Source: Lobosporangium transversale (lineage: Eukaryota). Taken from it: a DNA stretch of 20,000 nucleotides. A program made the translations under genes and the position numbers. Shown here piece after piece: positions 10,400 to 20,000 of this stretch (positions are counted from its first letter, which is position 1; every line of letters begins with the position of its first letter). The notes beneath the pieces are model-generated. The model ran no database searches and was not told where the DNA came from. It was given only the letters and a program-made list of their open reading frames with translations. The stretch covers positions 554,580 through 574,579 of the forward strand of contig NW_019029003.1 of NCBI RefSeq assembly GCF_002105155.1. Direction: 5' to 3'.

Positions 10400-10735
10400 A
10401 ATAATAATTTGAGAATAGTACATCAAACTGCTTCCATAATAATTATAACGAGCCGGAGACCGTGGCTTCGCCGCGGCCGGCTCTTGCCTTGCCTCGTTAG
10501 AAATTTCATGAGGGCAAAATAAAGTGAAAATAAAAATCGTAGTCAAATACAACCAATTGTATCTTTGCATAACTTTTTTATTGATTGGGTCTTTTTTACG
10601 AATCGCGCGATAAAATACAATAAAGCAAAATCAGTTAAGACTATATACATGTACAGTAGTAAAATAAACAAAAAATAAAACACAAAATAAGGCAGAATAT
10701 TTGGAAGATACGGTTGTAAATGAGAGGATGCTTAT

Positions 10736-12050
10736 TTACAAAGCACCCTTGTAGACAATGTCCCGCATGTATAGCCCAGGTCTGAGATTAAGTTCAATTG
10801 CACCCACAACACCGATATATGGATCCGTCTTCAGCTTAGATTGGTTCTCGCTGATGAATTGAAGCTGATCCACCTCAAGCCTACTGTATTGATCGGTAGC
10901 GTACTAATAAGTCAAGCATGTATTCATCCTGATGAAAAATCGCTGGTCTGTTGAGCTCAAAGGACGAATCTGCAGCCTGTACGTGTAAAACTCCTCCAGC
11001 TTGGCGTATTCTCGACTTTTCCTAGCTCGGCCATCGCCCTCACCTACATCCACCTCTAGCTGGCCGTTTTCGCTACCGTCATAGCTGTCACCATGAGGCC
11101 CTGCAGAGGTTTGACCTAGGCCATTTTTTATATTTTTTATATGTCCAGTCCTCGCCTTTTGGATGCAAGAGGTTATTATGGAGACTCTCGTGAGCTGGAT
11201 GAACCTCACTGGTTTTTTTCAAACCACTGGCTCTGCTTTCAATTATGATGCCTTGCTGAGAAACCTTACTACTGGCGCCAGCCATCAATAGCACGATTCC
11301 AGTTGATGAGAGGGCCTGTACTGCATTCGCCTTTGCCCTCTCCCCTCATGCTGAGGCCCAGCACGGATGACGACCTTCAGCCGCATGATATCCTCGTGCG
11401 CACATTCTCTGACGTCTTTGAGCGTATGGGCTATCGGGTAGTGTAGTTCAAGGAGCTGCTGTGGTTACTGCAACAGGCCTTCATCAAGGAATCCCCGAAA
11501 TGGTTATTACGGAGTCTTGCTTGCTGAGCAGGGTCATGAATGTGAGCGTGAGCCTGCAGGAACAGAGAGGCAGCGCCTTCAGTTGGCGTCATAGGATCAA
11601 TCAGAGTACCAACCCTTCCAATGATACGAAGCGTGTACACTCCATATAGGTTGTTCGCAAGGTCTTTATCAAGGTTCACTTCCATGGACGTGAACGAAAG
11701 AGCGCAGTTATATGCTTATATGTGTTAACGGAATAACTTACCTTGCGGCTCTGCCCATCAAGAAGTTAAACCAAGGCTAAGTGGAGGAATATCCACTTGA
11801 CCTCTCCCACAGCATAAAGGAAATTCTGGCCGGCTTTTACTACTGCGTTGCACACACATTCTTCAATAAACATGAAGGCACCGCAATAATGGCAACTGAC
11901 CGGTACCTATATTGCATAATATTGGAACCCGAAACGAAATCTTGCTGAAACCTTTTTCTAGCGGGTGGTAGAAAGTTGTCTTCGGCAAAGGAATTATCTT
12001 CGGTAGAAGGAGCATCCTCAACAGAAGGATCACCTTTACGCTCGTGTATT
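10736..12050 (-). pseudogene. Decayed Helitron RepHel fragment (N-terminal Zn-finger region to just before the Rep core)
   Basis: Across frameshifts and stops: CHYCGAFMFIEE, PEFPLCCGRGQVDIPPL, FR*HI*AYNCALSFTSM, GVYTLRIIG, GLKKTSEVHPAHESLHNNLLHPKGEDW, EFYTYRLQIR, *YATDQYSRLEVDQLQFISENQSKLKTDPYIG. These match conserved Helitron RepHel motifs in the expected order. Confidence 0.85.
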
Positions 12051-12679
12051 CTGAAGGTCAGTGGTAAATGGTAAATGGTAATTGTGTAAGATTAAGTACA
12101 CGCAATGTATAATACAGTATAATAAGCCAATAAAAAACCGAACAAAAAGTAGCACACCCTTGTCTTTGCACGGGTCTTTCATTTTCATCTCCACCATCTT
12201 CAAAACAATACTTCGTGTGCACACAGGCCTAGCGCCATTTTGCACTGAGTTACTAACAACGCTATTAAAGCAAGCAGTAAACAGGAAAAAACTAAGGATT
12301 AATAGTCTATTGCTGAGACGAAAAAATCAAACCGTTGTAAATCAAACTCACCCTTTATTACTTGAGCATGGTCTACATCTACTCCTAGGCAACTGCAGAT
12401 ACTGCATTTATACACTGTAGGAGCTGGTTGACGGTGCTCGCCCTGCAGGTAAGTAATAATGATGGAGGGTTAAAAAAAGAATGACAAAATCTAATGAATA
12501 TAAAATAGGAACCTTTGCCTTCGAATTGACCCAACATTCTACACATCGTTGCTGGCAGCGTTATTCAAGTTATAGAAGGTATATAAGCTTAAGCTCAGCA
12601 TGCACCAACCACTACCATGTCAAAAATAAAATAAAATAAAATAAAAAAAAAGTTTTCTACGATTGTTAAATACCGAAAT

Positions 12680-12936
12680 CACTCATTCTTCATTATTTGG
12701 GTATGAGCTGCGCACATGGCCTGGACGACTGCACCCACATACAGACGTGGAATGGAAGGGGGAGCGAGGCGATTGGGGAAAATCGTTCTGTCTTTATCAG
12801 TTGGGAAAATATTATTAATGTTTATATATTCCAAAAACATAAAAACAAAAAGATAAGAAGGCCTTACCACATTCCTTACATTCTGAGGGCATAGTCTCTT
12901 GCCATGTCTGTCGCTGCTGCACAGGCTACATGCCAT
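12680..12936 (-). pseudogene. Spliced CCHC zinc-knuckle exons, probably the 5' part of the Helitron ORF
   Basis: MACSLCSSDRHGKRLCPQN contains Cx2Cx4Hx4C (12889-12930). A GTAAGG donor at 12879 and a CAG acceptor at 12788 join it in frame to a degenerate second knuckle, VCGCSRPGHVRSSYP. Confidence 0.55.
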
Positions 12937-13329
12937 GAGGCGTAGCATTGAGAGGGATCTTTAACTAATATAGATAATAAAATCCAAAAATAAAATAAAA
13001 TAAAAATAAATGTAATAGTGGCAAAAGTAGAGAACAGTGGATAAACGTGAATTATATAGATGTAGTCCCTTCGGAAATAAACCGATATTCTCCTCACCTA
13101 ATGCAATAACAAAAATAAAGTTAAGCATTTTAGCATGGCGGGTATGCAAGCGAAAATGCTAGAATTTAACTGTTACACTAGATTGTTCCTCGCAGAAGAA
13201 CTACGTAATGTAAATTATCATTCCCATAGTTTTAGATAGGCTTTCTAGCATTACTTTTGTAGTGTAGGAGGTACTCTTTTATGATCATTACTTGGCTATT
13301 TAGCTACCTCTATTATAGACAATGCATCA

Positions 13330-13727
13330 GTATGGTACGTAGGTCCCTTGTCCTCTTTTTGTGAGGGAGATTGTGGGATTGAAAGAGAGCGAACAGTTGT
13401 TCATGTGGAGGTATGCGGGACGGCTGCTGGAGATCAACTCGGTGGAGTGAGTGCCGTTAGACCAAGGACTTGAGCCTGGCTATCCTTAGAATAGGACAAA
13501 CACATCCTTGCTGCAAGAGCAACCTACGTCAAGCAAGCACTACATCGAAGTTCGGCTGCAGTCTTAAACCTTTCTACCTCATTTTTCCTTTCTTCCCCTT
13601 TTTCCATCTCCTATTCAAGCAATGCAAGCAGGGCAGAGCCGATTGGCCTATAAGCCCAGTCATATTCCTTCACCTGTTCTCCTCCTTGTAAGCTCTCTTC
13701 AAACCTCCGTCTCACCGGACTTGCCAT
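13330..13727 (-). pseudogene. Possible decayed ORF of unknown (transposon-like?) origin
   Basis: One frame from ATG 13727 reads as protein-like for ~130 codons (MASPVRRRFEESLQ...EMEKGEERKNEVERFK...), interrupted by TAG, TAG, TGA and TGA. No family was recognised. Confidence 0.25.
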
Positions 13728-14329
13728 GCTTTGATGACCCATTTGGCAGGTGGCGAAGGTCTGACAGATGAATGTATGGAACATATCTTTTTTTTTTCTT
13801 TTCAAATGAAGAGTGAAAGATATGTGAAGGTAAAGTGTGTGAAAGCAAGGAATGTGATAGAAGAAGGTGTAGAGTGGTAAAGTACGCTAAGAGTTCAGGC
13901 CCATAATATGTATATACTCTCGCATCGTATATTGTTGACATTGTGTGAATGGTATACCGTACTCAGAGTAGAGGTCAAATTTTTTTGAGCAAAAATTTTT
14001 TGGTGTCGACATTTGCAATGAAGAGAGCACTACCCTTTATTTTCTCTTTTCATTTACAAATAAGATACCTCTTTATTTCCACCCAGGGAGCCATATTGGG
14101 GCCAAAGCCACTCTCTGTAGCAGTCACTTTGCCTTCATGGCAGTCACATTTCGGCACGTGCAGACACCCTTTCGTTCCAATATGTAGGATGTTACGTCAC
14201 ACTTGGGGGCCAATTTAATCTTTAATCGCATGGCGTCTTGTGGAACAAGAAAAAAAATTTTCTCACACACACACACAGCATAGCCCAACCTTGAAATAAA
14301 GGAACAAATTTATCAATTGTCGCTCCTTT

Positions 14330-14545
14330 CTTTAACTTGCTTCACTTCATTTTTGCACTCTCCTCTTCCTTTTCTTCCTTTATCCTCTTTTCACTTTTTT
14401 CTTATTTCACCCCAATTTTGCTCCCATCAATTTTGCTCTTTTATTTATTCCAAGCCTTCATTCATTGCCTTTCCTTTCCTTTCCTTTCCTTTCCTTTCCT
14501 TTTTTTTTTTTTCTTTTTTTCTTTTCCTCCCTCAACTTCATCTCT
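14330..14545. repeat. Pyrimidine-rich low-complexity tract including (TTTCC)n and poly-T upstream of CRN copy B
   Basis: Directly visible. It replaces a ~60-bp segment at the equivalent position upstream of copy A. Confidence 0.7.
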
Positions 14546-14664
14546 AGACAATTTTGAACCATCCTGCTACTGAATTATCATCCTTTAGCATTTTTATCAA
14601 CCTTTCCCTATTTTCTGTCCTCCGCCTATTTACGCCCTTGTTTTTAAACAGGTTTGAAAACACA

Positions 14665-17091
14665 ATGGGAAGCAGCAGAACACCATCACGATGCCCATCA
14701 CCTCGAACTGAACCGTATGAAAAGAAAGAAAGAAAAGGGGAAGCGAAGGAAGAGTCTTCAAGCACCAATGACCCTAAAATCCTCGAGCCAACCGAGCTAA
14801 AGATTTTTTGTATTGTTGATGGAGAAGCTTCATGTTTTCCTGTAAATATTCCTTCTGATCGTTCAGTCGGCGAACTCAAGCAAGCCATCAAAGCAAAGAA
14901 TACCAATGCATTTAAGGACATCGACGCTTACCAGCTCACCCTCTACAAGGTCTCCATCCCTGACAAAGGCGAGGCTATCTTTGAGTCAGAAATCGAGTCA
15001 AAAGAGGCTCTCACAATCGCGTCAATGGAGCTTTGGGAGATATTTAATTCTGAACTTCCAAGGAAAACGATCCATGTTTTTGTCAAGCCACCGCAGCGAG
15101 GTATATCTTTGGCTCTTGATGGACTGATTGTTGATATTTCCAGCTGATGAAGCTTGGTTTATATCTTAAACGGCCATGTGCATGATATCACCATTTGGTT
15201 TGTGTCTTGATAACTCAACATTCTTTCTCATTATTCGCTTTTGATACTTAGCTCAGAAAAGAAAACAAGATGGAGATTCTGGTGAGTGCTTTTGGCCGAG
15301 AATCTGGTTATTGATCATTTTAGAGTGATGTGCAATAAATCAAAAATATTGACTTTGATCACTCTATCTCTTTTATCAGAGTCACCCTCTAAAAAAGCTC
15401 GTCCAAGTATAAGTAGAGATGCTCTTATGGATGCGATTACAGAAGCGGGGCTTGTAACGAAAGGGATAGTGAATGGTAGCCCTGCCATCTCGCGTCTAAG
15501 CTCGAAAGAGAGGGTCAAGCTGCTTTCGTACATGGGGGAGAGGTTATCAGTAGATAGTATTTACTACAGCATTATTAGCGTGGCTCGCGAGCTCCGAAAT
15601 TCTGGTGGTATCAAGGGTTCCAAAATATTAGCAGATTATGTGATATCCAGTCTACCAGGGATGGATCTTCCGGTGATCGATGCGCAAGATCTATATGTAA
15701 GAAAGGAATTCAAGGATCTCTACGATTTAATCACCAAACAGTTTTGCAACGCTGAGGACGATGCACGAAACCGTATTGTTGTTACAGGGACGGCTGGTAT
15801 AGGGAAGTCATCCTTTCTCATATATTTTGCCATCCGACTACTTGCAACCAGTACCGAGGATGATCCACCTATTGTCATCATCCAGCAAAAAGAGGATTCA
15901 ATGTGCTACGCTTTTGGTGGGTCATCTACTGTTCAAAATGGAGATATAAAGGATTTCGCCGCCTTCCTAGACCTACCTAACACTTGGTTCCTAGTCGACA
16001 GCTCACCAAAGCCGGAGCTTAGGAAGGCTCGAACTATCTTCTCAGTATCACCAAAGACGTTATTTTCCGAGTCCAACATGTATCAAGAAATTGTAAAGAG
16101 GGTGGTATGGATTTATTACATGGCACCATGGGAGCTGGATGAGTTAAGACAGTGTAGAAAAATGGTTCGGACCTTTAACATCGTCAGCGAAGAATTTATG
16201 GTGGAACTCTATGAGAAGATAGGTGGTGTGCCAAGGTATGTTCTCGAGAAACCAGCGAGCCGACTGCACTTTAATAAAAAAGATCTTGATGGAGCTAGGA
16301 GGGTAGCATACAGTCGCGTAGAAGAAGCCCTCGACAACCTCAAGGATCCATTGAAGCTGTTACAATATTTTGAACAGGCCAAAGATTCACTACAATATAG
16401 CAGCCGACTTCTTCATCGTCGTCCAATAGGAGATCACCAGCAATTTGTGTTAGAGTGGGCCTCTAATCACATTCTCGAAAAGGTGTACGAAGCAGCGGAC
16501 GACAATACTTTTGATATGATATTGGATCGATTAGTCAATGGCAAAGTTGGAGTAGATCTAGGAGCTATGCTCGAGATATGTATACGTCGCATACTACGGA
16601 GAGGCGACTGTACCTTCGTGGCCAAGAGTCTAGATGTAGAGAAAAAGCAAGATATCACCATCACCATCGATGCCAAGCCGACGGTTAAATTCTTCGAAGC
16701 TTTTGATGTTTACAAGGAATCGATGAAAGGAGAACTATGGATCCCAAAAAGCAAGACTTTTGCCTGCGTTGATATGCTAATAGCGCCGAATTATCTACTC
16801 CAGATTACGGCAAATGTAAAGCATGGTATCAAGAGTGAATCTTGCAAAGAACTTCTTAAAAAGCTTCAAGAAAAAAAGTGGATTCGCTCAGAGAAGGACG
16901 TTGTATTTATTTTTGTTGTTCCAAAAGCTAAGGCTGAGGAATATAAGAAACAAAAATTCAAGATTGGGGCTGGTCGGGTGGATCCTAAACCGACAAAAGA
17001 ACTATCAAGTATCAAGCAATATGTCATGGGGGTAGACTTAAACGCAGAATTACAGCGAGGTAGACTTGAGGGCAGAACTAAAGCGGTATAA
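14665..17091 (+). CDS. Crinkler (CRN)/RHS-like effector, copy B; 3 exons including a 30-nt micro-exon, 725 aa predicted
   Basis: Exon 1 is 14665-15100 (CRN header ending HVFVKPPQR), followed by intron 15101-15251 (GTATAT...TAG). The micro-exon 15252-15281 encodes AQKRKQDGDS. Intron 15282-15379 has GTGAGT, TTGAC and CAG. Exon 3, 15380-17091, is in frame with ORF 15286..17091 and carries the same NTPase and nuclease motifs as copy A. Confidence 0.88.
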
Positions 17092-20000
17092 AATAATAAT
17101 TTGAGAATAGTACATCAAACTGCTTCCATAATAATTATAACGAGCCGGAGACCGTGGCTTCGCCGCGGCCGGCTCTTGCCTTGCCTCGTTAGAAATTTCA
17201 TGAGGGCAAAATAAAGTGAAAATAAAAATCGTAGTCAAATACAACCAATTGTATCTTTGCATAACTTTTTTATTGATTGGGTCTTTTTTACGAATCGCGC
17301 GATAAAATACAATAAAGCAAAATCAGTTAAGACTATATACATGTACAGTAGTAAAATAAACAAAAAATAAAACACAAAATAAGGCAGAATATTTGGAAGA
17401 TACGGTTGTAAATGAGAGGATGCTTATTTACAAAGCACCCTTGTAGACAATGTCCCGCATGTATAGCCCAGGTCTGAGATTAAGTTCAATTGCACCCACA
17501 ACACCGATATATGGATCCGTCTTCAGCTTAGATTGGTTCTCGCTGATGAATTGAAGCTGATCCACCTCAAGCCTACTGTATTGATCGGTAGCGTACTAAT
17601 AAGTCAAGCATGTATTCATCCTGATGAAAAATCGCTGGTCTGTTGAGCTCAAAGGACGAATCTGCAGCCTGTACGTGTAAAACTCCTCCAGCTTGGCGTA
17701 TTCTCGACTTTTCCTAGCTCGGCCATCGCCCTCACCTACATCCACCTCTAGCTGGCCGTTTTCGCTACCGTCATAGCTGTCACCATGAGGCCCTGCAGAG
17801 GTTTGACCTAGGCCATTTTTTATATTTTTTATATGTCCAGTCCTCGCCTTTTGGATGCAAGAGGTTATTATGGAGACTCTCGTGAGCTGGATGAACCTCA
17901 CTGGTTTTTTTCAAACCACTGGCTCTGCTTTCAATTATGATGCCTTGCTGAGAAACCTTACTACTGGCGCCAGCCATCAATAGCACGATTCCAGTTGATG
18001 AGAGGGCCTGTACTGCATTCGCCTTTGCCCTCTCCCCTCATGCTGAGGCCCAGCACGGATGACGACCTTCAGCCGCATGATATCCTCGTGCGCACATTCT
18101 CTGACGTCTTTGAGCGTATGGGCTATCGGGTAGTGTAGTTCAAGGAGCTGCTGTGGTTACTGCAACAGGCCTTCATCAAGGAATCCCCGAAATGGTTATT
18201 ACGGAGTCTTGCTTGCTGAGCAGGGTCATGAATGTGAGCGTGAGCCTGCAGGAACAGAGAGGCAGCGCCTTCAGTTGGCGTCATAGGATCAATCAGAGTA
18301 CCAACCCTTCCAATGATACGAAGCGTGTACACTCCATATAGGTTGTTCGCAAGGTCTTTATCAAGGTTCACTTCCATGGACGTGAACGAAAGAGCGCAGT
18401 TATATGCTTATATGTGTTAACGGAATAACTTACCTTGCGGCTCTGCCCATCAAGAAGTTAAACCAAGGCTAAGTGGAGGAATATCCACTTGACCTCTCCC
18501 ACAGCATAAAGGAAATTCTGGCCGGCTTTTACTACTGCGTTGCACACACATTCTTCAATAAACATGAAGGCACCGCAATAATGGCAACTGACCGGTACCT
18601 ATATTGCATAATATTGGAACCCGAAACGAAATCTTGCTGAAACCTTTTTCTAGCGGGTGGTAGAAAGTTGTCTTCGGCAAAGGAATTATCTTCGGTAGAA
18701 GGAGCATCCTCAACAGAAGGATCACCTTTACGCTCGTGTATTCTGAAGGTCAGTGGTAAATGGTAAATGGTAATTGTGTAAGATTAAGTACACGCAATGT
18801 ATAATACAGTATAATAAGCCAATAAAAAACCGAACAAAAAGTAGCACACCCTTGTCTTTGCACGGGTCTTTCATTTTCATCTCCACCATCTTCAAAACAA
18901 TACTTCGTGTGCACACAGGCCTAGCGCCATTTTGCACTGAGTTACTAACAACGCTATTAAAGCAAGCAGTAAACAGGAAAAAACTAAGGATTAATAGTCT
19001 ATTGCTGAGACGAAAAAATCAAACCGTTGTAAATCAAACTCACCCTTTATTACTTGAGCATGGTCTACATCTACTCCTAGGCAACTGCAGATACTGCATT
19101 TATACACTGTAGGAGCTGGTTGACGGTGCTCGCCCTGCAGGTAAGTAATAATGATGGAGGGTTAAAAAAAGAATGACAAAATCTAATGAATATAAAATAG
19201 GAACCTTTGCCTTCGAATTGACCCAACATTCTACACATCGTTGCTGGCAGCGTTATTCAAGTTATAGAAGGTATATAAGCTTAAGCTCAGCATGCACCAA
19301 CCACTACCATGTCAAAAATAAAATAAAATAAAATAAAAAAAAAGTTTTCTACGATTGTTAAATACCGAAATCACTCATTCTTCATTATTTGGGTATGAGC
19401 TGCGCACATGGCCTGGACGACTGCACCCACATACAGACGTGGAATGGAAGGGGGAGCGAGGCGATTGGGGAAAATCGTTCTGTCTTTATCAGTTGGGAAA
19501 ATATTATTAATGTTTATATATTCCAAAAACATAAAAACAAAAAGATAAGAAGGCCTTACCACATTCCTTACATTCTGAGGGCATAGTCTCTTGCCATGTC
19601 TGTCGCTGCTGCACAGGCTACATGCCATGAGGCGTAGCATTGAGAGGGATCTTTAACTAATATAGATAATAAAATCCAAAAATAAAATAAAATAAAAATA
19701 AATGTAATAGTGGCAAAAGTAGAGAACAGTGGATAAACGTGAATTATATAGATGTAGTCCCTTCGGAAATAAACCGATATTCTCCTCACCTAATGCAATA
19801 ACAAAAATAAAGTTAAGCATTTTTAGCATGGCGGGTATGCAAGCGAAAATGCTAGAATTTAACTTTACACAGATTGTTCCTCGCAGAAAATACGTAATGT
19901 AAATTATCATTCCCATAGTTTTAGATAGGCTTTCTCAGCATTACTTTTGTAGTGTAGGAGGTACTCTTTTATGATCATTATCTTGGCTATTTAGCTACCT
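15630..20000 (+). repeat. Segmental tandem duplication, copy 2 (continues past the window end)
   Basis: Matches 8938-13309 up to the last base of the window. Confidence 0.97.
17141..19752 (-). mobile_element. Non-autonomous, internally deleted Helitron, copy 2
   Basis: Same sequence as 10449-13060. Hairpin at 17152-17168, RepHel relic at 17428-18742, zinc knuckle at 19581-19622. Confidence 0.75.

Larger units (their letters stand above)
10449..13060 (-). mobile_element. Non-autonomous, internally deleted Helitron, copy 1
   Basis: The 3' end has a GC-rich hairpin (10460-10476) followed on the minus strand by ...CTCG|T at 10449. Degenerate RepHel N-terminal motifs lie inside. Candidate 5' ends are A|TCTATATAAT at 13060 or A|TCTATATTAG at 12974; the 5' boundary is uncertain. 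Confidence 0.75.
8938..13309 (+). repeat. Segmental tandem duplication, copy 1 (matches 15630-20000, offset 6692 bp)
   Basis: Identity starts at agcagattatgtgatatcc. All ORF-track entries recur at +6692. About 11 substitutions fall in 8938-9332, none were seen by eye in 9333-~13125, and small indels follow. Confidence 0.97.

Noticed and set aside
10460..10483. Rho-independent terminator after the CRN gene
   Set aside because: The locus is eukaryotic and there is no U-tract; position and shape fit a Helitron 3' hairpin.
8938..20000. Duplication explained purely as Helitron transposition or as LTRs of one element
   Set aside because: The duplicated block extends past both inferred Helitron ends, starts inside a coding exon and shows no TG...CA ends or target duplication. 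Unequal crossover fits better, although Helitron read-through is not fully excluded.

Overview
Eukaryotic, intron-containing fungal DNA; the gene style and Crinkler content suggest an early-diverging fungus such as Mortierellaceae/Mucoromycota (inference). The left 6.6 kb carries three minus-strand genes: a SAP-domain protein with a mitochondrial-presequence-like start and a 30-bp coding repeat that runs off the window start, an AIG1/GIMAP-like P-loop GTPase, and an FrnE-type DsbA oxidoreductase. A 31-bp minisatellite and a nested MITE-like inverted repeat are also present. The right 12 kb is a tandem array with a 6692-bp period. Each unit holds a spliced Crinkler/RHS-type effector gene (ubiquitin-like CRN header, basic linker, helical module, P-loop NTPase, PD-(D/E)xK-like nuclease; both predicted at 725 aa). 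Each gene is followed convergently by an internally deleted, decayed Helitron. The two genes are mosaics: the NTPase-nuclease core and downstream DNA are nearly identical, the headers are moderately diverged, and the linker/helical module is strongly diverged with a different exon structure. All comparisons were made by eye.
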